Assembly: GCA_965222225.1 (NCBI GenBank)
Contig: CBDCTK010000002.1
Span: forward strand, 4,288,001 to 4,352,000
DNA length: 64,000 nt
Direction of reading: 5' to 3'
Source of the DNA: Candidatus Poribacteria bacterium
GTDB lineage: Bacteria; Poribacteria; WGA-4E; JAJDTR01
Below, piece by piece: positions 41,125 through 51,006 of this stretch; the stretch's first letter is position 1, and each line of letters starts with the position of its first letter. The position numbers were made by a program, and so were the translations under genes. The notes beneath the pieces are model-generated. The model saw nothing but the letters and a program-made list of their open reading frames with translations. It made no database searches and was not told the DNA's origin.

Positions 41125-41329
41125 TTGACTGACCAATACTATCGCTACGATGACTAGCTACGCCAACGACGTGATTACCATCGCGTGTACCACCGCAGAA
41201 GGCGGGAAGCTCAAAGATCTCGCTCGCATCCCGCTTCTCGTTCCGTCTTCACACATGGGTCACCTAGAAGACTGCTTCTTCGTTATGACACACGTGCTCT
41301 GTTACGCATTCATTGAAGACCGTGTTTAA
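41125..41329 (+). pseudogene. Relic 3' part of a second gmhA-like gene with an internal deletion
   Basis: TSYANDVITIACTTAEGGKLKDLARIPLLVPSSHMGHLEDCFFVMTHVLCYAFIEDRV* matches the end of 38336..38905 with mostly synonymous changes. Confidence 0.9.
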
Positions 41330-41591
41330 TGTAAGTCGGCGTGATTTGTTCGTAGGAGAATTGGTTGTCAACGGCCTCTACTTTTGCACGCTAACCGCGG
41401 GCGATTTCACTGCCACTCGGAGAATGTTGGTCAGCAAGCAGTCTGTCCGCCAATCGTCAATATGGTAGAGAGCTGACTGCACGCCATCGCGAAACGCCCG
41501 TGATTATCTTCTGTTTGTAGGGGTGTCCCTTGTGGGAACTGCCCACCATCCCTGCATTCATACACAATCGTAACTCCGTGACTACATCACT

Positions 41592-42809
41592 ATGAAAATA
41601 ACCGACCTCAAGACATACGTAGTCGCCAATCCGCCTCCCCACCGCGGCGGTCCTTATTTTGTCTTCTTGAAACTGACCACCGATGACAACGTGCATGGCT
41701 TCGGAGAGGTGTATGGCGTGCCGTTCCAACCCGGCAAAGTTGCCCAACTCATTGAGGACGTTGTAGAACGATACGTCATAGGATGGGATCCATTCAAGAT
41801 TGAAAAACTCTGGCGGATAGTTTACTCCAGCGGGTACACGCAACACCCCGACCTAACGTTGGTAGGAGTGCTTAGCGGAATTGAGATAGCCTGCTGGGAT
41901 ATAATCGGCAAAGCCCTAAACCAACCCATCTATAACCTGCTTGGCGGGCAGGTTCACGAGAAACTCCGCTCTTACACCTACCTGTACGCCATATCCGACG
42001 AGGCTCCCGCAACCGATAACATCCATGACCGCAGGATACCTACCAACCTGCACAGTGACCCCGACCTCGCGCCGGAACGAGCCGCCGCCTACGTTAAGCA
42101 AGGCTTTACCGCCCTTAAGTTTGACCCCGTTTTGGGAATGTCTGCCTTTGATCCGCGACAGCTTTCTCTAGAAGTGCTGGACAACGCCGAGCTTGTCACA
42201 AAGAACATTCGCGAGGCGGTCGGAAACAGGTGCGACCTCCTCATTGGCACTCACGGACAAATGACCACGTCCAGCGCGATTCGTCTAGCTAAACGATTAG
42301 AACCGTTCGACCCGCTCTGGTTCGAGGAGCCGGTACCGCCTGAAAATAAATCTGAAATGGCGCGTGTCGCGCAATCTACCAGCATCCCGGTGGCTTCCGG
42401 CGAACGCTTGACTACAAAATACGAATACGTTGAACTCCTCCAAAAGCAAGCCGCCGCGATTCTTCAACCCGCCCTTGCAAGAGTTGGAGGAATTCTAGAA
42501 GCAAAGAAGATTGCGGGTATGGCGGAGGCGCATTACGCGCAAATTGCCCCCCACCTTTACTGTGGTCCCATTGAAGCCGCCGCCAACATACAACTCGGAA
42601 CATGCAGCCCCAATTTCCTTATCCAAGAAAGCATCGAATCGTTCGGTGGATTTCATGCCGAACTTCTCAAAGAACCCATCAGATGGGAAGACGGCTACAT
42701 CATACCCTCCGACAAACCCGGTTTAGGCGTTGAATTGGACGAGGAAGTCGCGGCACAGCATCCGTATACCGGCACAATCTTTCCCGAAATGACCGACAGG
42801 CCTATCTAG
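41592..42809 (+). CDS. Mandelate racemase/muconate lactonizing enzyme family dehydratase (DgoD-like)
   Basis: SGIEIACWDIIGK, GFTALKFD, GTHG, WFEEP, SGE, APH, PGLG. Confidence 0.9.
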   Translation: MKITDLKTYVVANPPPHRGGPYFVFLKLTTDDNVHGFGEVYGVPFQPGKVAQLIEDVVERYVIGWDPFKIEKLWRIVYSSGYTQHPDLTLVGVLSGIEIACWDIIGKALNQPIYNLLGGQVHEKLRSYTYLYAISDEAPATDNIHDRRIPTNLHSDPDLAPERAAAYVKQGFTALKFDPVLGMSAFDPRQLSLEVLDNAELVTKNIREAVGNRCDLLIGTHGQMTTSSAIRLAKRLEPFDPLWFEEPVPPENKSEMARVAQSTSIPVASGERLTTKYEYVELLQKQAAAILQPALARVGGILEAKKIAGMAEAHYAQIAPHLYCGPIEAAANIQLGTCSPNFLIQESIESFGGFHAELLKEPIRWEDGYIIPSDKPGLGVELDEEVAAQHPYTGTIFPEMTDRPI

Positions 42810-42941
42810 CGTAGATTTCGGTCACACGTTGTGTGTTCCGATTATCCACTGATAAAAGGCGCTATGGGGACCGACCGAAACGTGTCGCGAGATACGGGGC
42901 AACCCACTCTCGCAACTGTCAATATCAGGAGCCAACCTACC

Positions 42942-44306
42942 ATGACTGGAGTCATATTTTTCTTAACACAATCTTTACTACAAGCCAAAACCGATACTCC
43001 CGGACCAAATACGCCCTCATCCGTGACTGAAGCTTCGAGCAAAGGACCGACCAAGGCCAACAAACCCGGAGGGTGGAAATGGGATGTGACAATCTATGAT
43101 CGTCCCGGCTGGTCAACGCCGTGGATTGGGGGTCCCAAACTCATTGGGGACGAAATTCTCATCCAGTGTATTTCACACCCGGAAGATATCTACTACGATG
43201 ATTGGTATGCGGAAGAGAGCGACACAGTCACACTGTCTTCGATTGATGGCGGCCTGACTTGGAAGGAAACTTCTAACGAACGATTTGCGAGCGAACCAAC
43301 GAGCTCCTCTGATGACATATTGGTCGATGTATCCACATACTCCGCCCTCACGAACGAAGAAGACCAGGAAAGAAAACGGAGATTGGAGGCTGCCGGGCTT
43401 GGGCATTTATACGATACAACCCTCGGCAGCGGGCCGTCAGGTTGGCTAATCTACCCCGATTCAATGGCAGCCGAACTCAAGGCAAAAGGATATTCCGTTT
43501 TCGACGAGCATCCGACCATTCCCGAAGGGCAAGCCGCGGTTCACGCACGAGCGATAAAGGGGTGGTATTCTACAGACCGTGGGAGGACTTGGGCCGATGC
43601 GGACATTCAAGGGTTACCGATTTTCGGACATGGGCCCGTCCCTAATGGAAGCCTTGAGCTGTCCGACGGTACCAGACTCGAATTCTTTTACGGATGCGAA
43701 CTTCATGAGCAGATGCGGTCGGTTTACGTGCTCCGTTCAACCGACCACGGGGTGAACTGGCATACAGTCAGGATACCTGCCGATCCTGAATTGTCCCTGA
43801 CTGAAACTTCAATGGTGGCTTTCCCCGGCGGTAGAGTGCACATGATGATGAGATGCGACGTTGGCGAGGGTTATATCTACTCGACAAATTCCAACGATGG
43901 CGGCTTGACGTGGAGTGCGGCGGAGCGCACGCCCATACGTGGTCAACCGCTCCTACTACTCAAACTACGGGATGGGGGGATACTTTGCACCTATTGCCAT
44001 CGCTTATTTCCCGGCGGAATACGATCCTGTCTGAGTTACGATGAAGGGGAAACCTACGAATTCGAAAATGAAAAAATCTTGAGAGACGACGTGATTCCCG
44101 GTCCCTGGATTTCCCCGTGCGGTCCCCCCTCAATTGAACTTGATGATGGCACAATCTTCACCGTATACACGTTACCGAAAGTAACCAAGTTGAAGCCGGG
44201 GGAAACAGCCGACGGAGGTCTGTTCAGTGTTCGCCCGAAGTACCACTGCTATGTTGCAGGCAGCCGTTACACCCTAAACTACGTCCGCCCTCTACCCGGG
44301 ATGTGA
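42942..44306 (+). CDS. Sialidase/BNR (Asp-box) beta-propeller protein
   Basis: Asp boxes SIDGGLTW, STDRGRTW, STDHGVNW, SNDGGLTW, SYDEGETY. Confidence 0.8.
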   Translation: MTGVIFFLTQSLLQAKTDTPGPNTPSSVTEASSKGPTKANKPGGWKWDVTIYDRPGWSTPWIGGPKLIGDEILIQCISHPEDIYYDDWYAEESDTVTLSSIDGGLTWKETSNERFASEPTSSSDDILVDVSTYSALTNEEDQERKRRLEAAGLGHLYDTTLGSGPSGWLIYPDSMAAELKAKGYSVFDEHPTIPEGQAAVHARAIKGWYSTDRGRTWADADIQGLPIFGHGPVPNGSLELSDGTRLEFFYGCELHEQMRSVYVLRSTDHGVNWHTVRIPADPELSLTETSMVAFPGGRVHMMMRCDVGEGYIYSTNSNDGGLTWSAAERTPIRGQPLLLLKLRDGGILCTYCHRLFPGGIRSCLSYDEGETYEFENEKILRDDVIPGPWISPCGPPSIELDDGTIFTVYTLPKVTKLKPGETADGGLFSVRPKYHCYVAGSRYTLNYVRPLPGM

Positions 44307-44460
44307 CCCGTGTCCCGGTTCGTAGCAAGGTGATTGAATGCGAGTCCGTAATATGGGGTCGTTCATCCCTTTTGTCCAACCCTCTCCGACCCAGCGTTGT
44401 TTCCCCTCCACTGCTGTAGCCTGAATTCGTGCGAGAGACTTAATGATGACGAGAACGCTG

Positions 44461-44489
44461 TTGACAGCCGCTAAGGACATGTCTATAAT
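44461..44489 (+). promoter_or_regulatory. Consensus sigma70 promoter
   Basis: Perfect TTGACA, 17 bp spacer, TATAAT. Confidence 0.8.
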
Positions 44490-44810
44490 GTCAACGTCAT
44501 ACAGCCTGTGCACCACTTCAATGATACCACGGAGAAGTGCTACGACGTTTCTGGCAACTACTCTATCAAGGGGACCACGCACATTAGAATGGACAGAGCA
44601 ATCGCAAGAGGTATCTGTCCAACAGTTGTCAATCCTCTGTACATACGTCGAGGTGAAGACAGCTTCGGTCCGCAAACCGGTATTTTACCGGATTTGCCTG
44701 AGAATCAGAAATGTGGAGGCCTTGTAAAGAATTGTACTCTTCATGTCGTAATCGTAGCCAGTTTGTTTGTGATACCAAGTCTCATTATGGGAACGGAGGT
44801 AAACAGCGCC

Positions 44811-46586
44811 GTGGCTTCAGAGTTTATTGACACACCAAATGCACGCTACGTCACCCAAATGGACATGTGTCAGCCCCAACAAGCTCTCTCGGATAGAATG
44901 GAACAGGGCAAATGGCAACTGATAACGTACGAAACCGAGGAATTGAAGGGTACCATGGTCGGGGCGCCGCCCATCATCAATGCCCCCAATCTCACCATAC
45001 CGCTAGATGCTTCCGGCTGGCACAAGGTCTACATTGGCTACTGGAATCCGTCCCATCTGTACGAGGACGACGCAATTATAAAGGTCAAGTTAAGTGACCA
45101 ACCGGCTTTTCGTATCTTTCATGAAGACGTGAGCGCCGACAGGCAGGATTCCACCTTCCTGCGCGAAGCGTTTTTTGACTACGCGGACCTTACCGGTCGA
45201 AGTCTGGTAATCGGCAAGTCAAACGGTATCTTGGGCAAACAGATGTTCTTTGCGTATGTCAAGTTGGCCCCCATGAGCGCCGAGGAGATTGACCGAGTCA
45301 TCAAAGATCGAGCGGATAGGTGCACGCGAAAACTAGCCGTCAGTATTGATGGAGCCAGCTACCTTCACCTGTGCGAGTTTAGTAGCCCCAATGACATACT
45401 CTCTCTTGTCGAACCTTATCGCAACTCCGACGTGGGGAGAATCTTCTGGGCAGTCTGTTACGGCGCACTCACCAACTATCCCACTTCGGTTAAAGGGGCG
45501 CAATATCGGGCAGAAGGTGCATGGCCGAATCTTCTCGATCAGGCTTATAGCGATCGTGACCGTGGCATCACGTCTAGGCATCAAGGCGAAAAACAGACGT
45601 TGAACACGCTCAGAACTTTGGCTGTCGACGGGCTCATCCCCCAGCAGTTGGCTGCCGACCACGTTCATAGCATGGGGGTGGGCATCAAGTTCGATTTGAT
45701 GTTTCGCATGGGCATCCTCGGAAATCTTCCGCGGCAACCCGACAGGGGCGATTTTGTCTCCGTGCACCCCGAGTACCGTCAAGTGCTCCGAGACGGCACG
45801 GTGATTGAAAAAGCCAGCTACGCTTTCCCCGAGGTGCAGCAACTGATGCTCAATCTCATTCGAGAGGCAACAACCCTGATTGACGCTGATGGGATTAATC
45901 TCTGCTATACCCGCGGTCCCCGATTTCTCTCGTATGAGCAACCGATACTAGATGCCTTTACTAGCAAGTATGGCGAGGATGCCCGCAGCGTGGATCCCGA
46001 GGATCCGCGCTTACTTGAGGTTCGCGCCGGCATTATGACGGACTTTATGTACAAGGTGCGTCAGACGCTTGATGAAGTAGGCGCCGAGAAGGGCAAACGA
46101 CTGGAATTGTCAGTCTGGGCTTGGCCGCATGACCAAAACGTTTGGCTCGGGAAACGCCCGATTGACGAAGGACTCGATATTCAAGCGTGGATAAAGGCGG
46201 GGCTGTTGGATAGTGTTGTCTCTCGAGGCAATGATCCCGAACGTGGAATATACGGCATCGACAGCGATTACATTTCGCTCGGCAAAGCGCATAACTGCAA
46301 GTTCACTTTGGGTGATGGCGAATACATGCACGCGCTTGGCGAAGAGAGAAGACAGCACTGGTTATTAGCCGCCAGAGAGGCGGACGTTGAATACTTCGCG
46401 TACTGGGATGCGGATTTTGCACAAATCAATCCGGAGCTCTGGGCTTGGCTGCGCTGTATAGGCCACGAGGAAGAGCGGCTCAACTGGGATCACGAAGCCC
46501 ATAAAATCAAATCCATACTTCTCCACACCATTGACGGGATTGATGTCCTGCAGGGCTTGTCCCAAACGGTGTATTCGGGCGGTTAG
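44811..46586 (+). CDS. Putative glycoside hydrolase-like TIM-barrel protein (GHL10-like)
   Basis: HPEYR, YAFPEVQQ, DADGINLCYTRGP, DIQAWIKAGLLD. GTG 44811 follows GGAGGT; the frame is open further upstream, so the start is uncertain. Confidence 0.55.
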   Translation: MASEFIDTPNARYVTQMDMCQPQQALSDRMEQGKWQLITYETEELKGTMVGAPPIINAPNLTIPLDASGWHKVYIGYWNPSHLYEDDAIIKVKLSDQPAFRIFHEDVSADRQDSTFLREAFFDYADLTGRSLVIGKSNGILGKQMFFAYVKLAPMSAEEIDRVIKDRADRCTRKLAVSIDGASYLHLCEFSSPNDILSLVEPYRNSDVGRIFWAVCYGALTNYPTSVKGAQYRAEGAWPNLLDQAYSDRDRGITSRHQGEKQTLNTLRTLAVDGLIPQQLAADHVHSMGVGIKFDLMFRMGILGNLPRQPDRGDFVSVHPEYRQVLRDGTVIEKASYAFPEVQQLMLNLIREATTLIDADGINLCYTRGPRFLSYEQPILDAFTSKYGEDARSVDPEDPRLLEVRAGIMTDFMYKVRQTLDEVGAEKGKRLELSVWAWPHDQNVWLGKRPIDEGLDIQAWIKAGLLDSVVSRGNDPERGIYGIDSDYISLGKAHNCKFTLGDGEYMHALGEERRQHWLLAAREADVEYFAYWDADFAQINPELWAWLRCIGHEEERLNWDHEAHKIKSILLHTIDGIDVLQGLSQTVYSGG

Positions 46587-46700
46587 CCCGATCCCGATCG
46601 GTTGTAGAACGAATCCGAAATCGGGAAAACACGGGGACAGATAATACCATTTCCCGATATTTGAAATGCATTAATAGCGTTACTCAAATCTTACCGATGT

Positions 46701-46754
46701 GGGGCAAGAAGATCTCTATCGCACTCACTATCCGTTCGCTCGATCCCCGCCTAC
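46701..46754 (+). repeat. REP carrying the 35-bp module (46711..46745)
   Basis: GGGGCAAGAA-GATCTCTATCGCACTCACTATCCGTTCGCTCGATC-CCCGCCTAC. Confidence 0.8.
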
Positions 46755-46866
46755 GGGTTTGGTGTGCGGGGTAATAGTTGGTATCGGTAATTTCATAACA
46801 GTATGATTGAAAAACATCATACGCAATATTATTCAAGCGAAATAGTATAACGACTAGCGGAGAAAT

Positions 46867-47685
46867 ATGGGATTCCAACTCACAGACCAACACATTGAAG
46901 ACTTTCATATGTTGGGATACACGGTATTTCGTAAGATTCTTCCCACATCCCTGATTCGAGATCTTCGTCAAGTGAGCCACACCGCGAGAAAAATTGCCCG
47001 TGAACGACTGGGACCGCAAACTCAACGGCTTCAGCCAGTCGGAAACTTCGACATCGATCAACAACCCTTCGTCGACTATGCTGAACTGCCGGATCTCTTA
47101 AAGGCATTCACCGAGTTGTTATCCCCGCGTCATCGACACGGTAACAGAAACCATCTCGGAATCCTAATTGAGCCAGCGGAAGAACCTTACTGTACAGCGT
47201 GGCACCGCGATTGGCGTGATAACCTGCGAGGTTTAAAGCTGGAACGATGGAATCAGCGATTCCAAGATATGAACCTCTTCAATCAAATAAACTGTGCGCT
47301 CTACAACGATAGTTGCACGTGGCTCGTGCCGGGTAGCCACTTGCGGCACGATCTGTCTTGCGAAGCGGAACGGTTTCCCGACCGCCCAATCTGCGGTCCA
47401 AATCTGGAGGACAAGATTGCAGAAGAGCGGGAGAAAATCTGTCTGGAATACTGTCGAAGCATGCCCGGCGGCGTCCAAGTGCACCTGGAAGCAGGTGATT
47501 TTGCTCTTTATCGAAGTTCGCTGTGGCATATAGGAAACTATGTTCCCTACAGCATCCGAGCGACACTCCACGACAGCGCCATGACGCCGGAATTCGAGGC
47601 ATGGAGTCTACAGGTACAGCAGGAGGCATCCGAGCGTCGAGAAGCTGGTGTAGTGATGGACAACCCCAACACCAATCGGCTCTAA
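46867..47685 (+). CDS. PhyH family dioxygenase
   Basis: FHMLGY, WHRD, VPGSH, AGD, WHIG, RATLH. Confidence 0.88.
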   Translation: MGFQLTDQHIEDFHMLGYTVFRKILPTSLIRDLRQVSHTARKIARERLGPQTQRLQPVGNFDIDQQPFVDYAELPDLLKAFTELLSPRHRHGNRNHLGILIEPAEEPYCTAWHRDWRDNLRGLKLERWNQRFQDMNLFNQINCALYNDSCTWLVPGSHLRHDLSCEAERFPDRPICGPNLEDKIAEEREKICLEYCRSMPGGVQVHLEAGDFALYRSSLWHIGNYVPYSIRATLHDSAMTPEFEAWSLQVQQEASERREAGVVMDNPNTNRL

Positions 47686-47749
47686 CCTATGGTACGGACA
47701 CCCTCGATCGCCTACACACTGAACTGCGTGAATCCTAAGGTAAAACCTG

Positions 47750-49656
47750 ATGAAAATCCTCCTGTGTTGCAAGCTTAGCCTTCTGTTCATTTCAGTCCTA
47801 TTGCCACAAAGCGCTTTCGCCCAAGATTACACACGATGGGGGTTGCCGGAAGGCGCCACGGCGCGTCTCGGCAAGGGTCAAATATTCAATATCGCGTATT
47901 CACCGGATGGTATTCGACTCGCTGTTGCCAGTTCCGTGGGCATTTGGCTCTACGATGCACGCACGGGCGTCGAATTCGCTCTACTTACCGGGCACACGGG
48001 ACGCCTCTCTAGCGTTGCATTCAGTCCAGATGGCGGGACGCTCGTCAGTGGAAGTGACAACGGTACTATCCATCTGTGGGATGCGCCCACAAGCACTCTA
48101 AAGCTAACATTCAAAGGGCATGGGGATTGGACCACTAGCGTAGCGTTCAGTCCGGATGGCAGGACGCTTGCCAGCACGGGTTTGCACGGGACCATCCGAC
48201 TGTGGGATGCGCTCACAGGCGCACGTAAACAGACTCTCGAAGGGCATATGCGTGTCGTCCATAGTGTAGCGTTCAGTCCGGATGGCGGGACGCTCGCCAG
48301 TGGAAGTAGTGACAACACAATCCGGCTATGGAATGCGGTCACAGGCGCCCACAGCAAGACTCTCAAAGGGCATACAGATTTAGTCAGTAGCATAGCCTTC
48401 AGTCCGGATGGGAGCACACTCGTGAGCGGGAGTTCGGACGGGACCATCCGGTTGTGGGATGCCGTTGCAGGCGCACAAGTGCAGACTCTCGAAGGGCATA
48501 CGGATTGGGTCGGTAGCGTAGCCTTCAGTCCAGACGGCGGGACAGTTGTGAGCGGAAGTGGCGACAAGACCATTCGCTTGTGGAACACCGTCACAGGTGC
48601 ACAGGTGCAGACTCTAAAGGGACATATGCATCCAGTACACAGTATAGCCTTCAGCCTAGATGGCGGGACGATCGCCAGCAGCAGTGACAATACCGTCCGG
48701 CTGTGGAATGCGCTCACCGGTGTGCCAAAGCTAATACTTGAAGGGTATACGGATTGGGTCTCAAGTATAGTGTTTAGTCCGGATGGGGGTACGCTCGCCA
48801 GCGGGAGTTGGTTTGGGACCGTACAGATGTGGGATGCAGTCACGGGTGCTCACAAGCGAACCCTAAAAGGGCATAGGAAATGCGTCAATAGCGTGGCGTT
48901 CAGCCCGGATGGTGGGACTCTCGCAAGCGGGAGTTGGGACTGGACCATCCGTCTGTGGGATGCGCACACGGGTGTCCATAAACAGACGCTCAAAGGGCAT
49001 ATAGGAGACGTTAATAGTCTTGCGTTCAGTCCGGATGGGAGGACGCTTGCTAGTGGGGGTGAACGTACTAGCTTATCTGGAGGTGACAAAACCATACGGA
49101 TATGGGACGCGGTTACTGGCGTTCAGTTGCAGGTTCTCATAGGACATACAAGTTCGGTGAATAGCATATAGCCTTTAGTCCGGATGGCGGAACGCTTGGC
49201 AGTGGGAGTGGATACGCGCTTCGACGTGGGGATGACAACACCGTCCGTCTGTGGGATGCCGTCACGGGCCAATACAAGCGAGTGCTCACCGGTTATACAG
49301 ATGAGGTTACTAGCATAGCGTTTAGTCCGCATGGGAAGACACTTGCTAGTACGAGTAGCGATGAACTCCACTTGCGGGATGCCAGCACGGGCATCCACAA
49401 ATGGATCCGAAAACCAGACTCGGGGGGCCTCTCAAGTGTAGCATTTAGCCCGGACGGAGGCACCATCGCCAGTGGAAGTTACGATGGCACGCTGCTCTTG
49501 TGGGATGCGGTCACGGGCGCCCACAAAAAAACCTTAAAAGGGCATACGAGTTGGGTCACCAGCGTAGCCTTGAGCCCGGATGGAGGGACGCTCGCCAGCG
49601 GAAGCCAAGATGGTACAGTGCTCCTATGGTCAATGACGCCGTACCTACGCAAATAA
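47750..49656 (+). pseudogene. Secreted WD40 repeat protein split by a +2 frameshift at ~49165-49170
   Basis: WGLPEGATARLGKG plus WD repeats. AGCATATAGCCTTTAGTCCG has an extra AT relative to the repeat unit AGCATAGCCTTYAGTCCG; repeats resume in the 49282..49656 frame. Confidence 0.85.
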
Positions 49657-49736
49657 TTTTGTGTAGTACATCCGCCTAATTTACCAGCTAAAACGGTCGG
49701 GGTTATACCGATCACTACTTTGCGGAGGAAAAACTG

Positions 49737-50693
49737 ATGACTGCAATTCAGACCTACATTGATACTTACAATCGCGATGGCTATGTCGTCGTACCGGACG
49801 TTTTCGATCCGGATCGCGCCGCAGCCGCTTTGCGGGACATGGAGAGCTTATTCTATGGAATGAGTTTCGAGGAATATTTGGCAAAGTCGGACAAGGCAGG
49901 AGAAAATGCGCCCCTTGAGTCGGCTTACGGGTTTCAGTTTCCTTGCGGCAAAGACTCTCTCGATTGCCTAATAGAAAACGACTACCTTCTCGACTTGATG
50001 GGAGCACTTCTGGGCGCAGACCAAATAAGGTTCCGTTTCGGCGGATTGTTTCTCCGATCAGGTCCGACCGACACCGTTCCCGGTGGGTCCGGTATCGAAC
50101 ACTCCTGGCAGGGCTATCATACCGACCATCATACAGCCTGCTATTTGCCGCATACACAGGATTCACATTTTAACTGCTATCTGATTGCCGGCGCGCTTCT
50201 TCATGATATCGAAGATGACAATGCTCCCATGCACATCATACCCGGTTCGCATAAGCAGATTCCCGGTTTGATACCGCGTCTAATAGAAGAAGGAATCTTT
50301 AGCCATTGGTGCGCGATTAAAGACATTCGCGAGATCCCGGAATTTGCGGCGCCGGTGCCTGCGAAGGGTAAAGCCGGCAGCGTCTTGTTGCGATCTTCAT
50401 ACGGTGTACACGCCGCCGTCCCCTTCCGAAATAAACGTAACCGGCGGGCGACGTGGGGTTTCACGGTCAGTTCCGCGGCATCAAGCGATTGGATGACACG
50501 CCATATCGGCGAACGCGGACTAGAGACCGAGTTCACGCACGCCTTCTGGGCAAAGACTACGCCCCGCGTCCGATCAGTTTTTGGTTGGCCCATGCCCGGA
50601 CATCCGTATTATACGCGCGAAACGCTCTCCCTTCTCGCCGCTTGGTATCCAGGAATAGATCTTACCCCGTATGAACAGCGCCTAGTTGCCTAA
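49737..50693 (+). CDS. PhyH family dioxygenase
   Basis: YNRDGY, YHTD, IIPGSH, GKAGSV, HAA, RR; RBS GGAGG. Confidence 0.85.
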   Translation: MTAIQTYIDTYNRDGYVVVPDVFDPDRAAAALRDMESLFYGMSFEEYLAKSDKAGENAPLESAYGFQFPCGKDSLDCLIENDYLLDLMGALLGADQIRFRFGGLFLRSGPTDTVPGGSGIEHSWQGYHTDHHTACYLPHTQDSHFNCYLIAGALLHDIEDDNAPMHIIPGSHKQIPGLIPRLIEEGIFSHWCAIKDIREIPEFAAPVPAKGKAGSVLLRSSYGVHAAVPFRNKRNRRATWGFTVSSAASSDWMTRHIGERGLETEFTHAFWAKTTPRVRSVFGWPMPGHPYYTRETLSLLAAWYPGIDLTPYEQRLVA

Positions 50694-50715
50694 AACCTGT
50701 TTGAAATGTACATTT

Positions 50716-50880
50716 GTAGGGTATGTACTGCGATCAAGCGACTGGGCAAGGTGCGCGATAGAGATTCTACCTGCCTCTAAAAGCCCCAGAGGGGTCAAGC
50801 GAACGGATATATCAAGGGAGTGAACAGCGAGTAGGATTTCCTATCGCCTTCGCTATCCGCTCAGTTGATCGATAGGGATC
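50716..50880. repeat. Cluster of four 35-bp modules: one on a REP arm (50732..50766) and a nested group (50793..50880)
   Basis: Minus-strand module TATCAAGGGAGTGAACAGCGAGT...CGATAGGGATC is interrupted by a plus-strand module (50834..50870) and follows a partial copy at 50793..50809. Confidence 0.75.
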
Positions 50881-51006
50881 CCAACCTGTCGGGAAGTAGA
50901 GTCGCGATTCGGAGATCTCTCCTACAGTTGCAAAAAATCATAAATTTATCCGTAGATTAACACCCTTTTTGACCAATGGGTTCCGCCCAAGCGGAGGAGT
51001 CTTTAC

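Noticed and set aside
41125-41329. gmhA repeat as an att-site duplication or assembly artefact
   Set aside because: The copies differ at many synonymous sites and by a deletion; no integrase is nearby.
44671-44705. c-di-GMP-I riboswitch suggested by GCAAACC
   Set aside because: Lacks the GNRA loop and the following GACGCAAAG element.
39023-49656. WD40 nucleotide repeats as diversity-generating retroelement TR/VR
   Set aside because: Differences are not adenine-specific and there is no reverse transcriptase in the window.
8013-50880. 35-bp repeats as a CRISPR array
   Set aside because: Copies are dispersed, degenerate, in both orientations, with no regular spacers and no cas genes.
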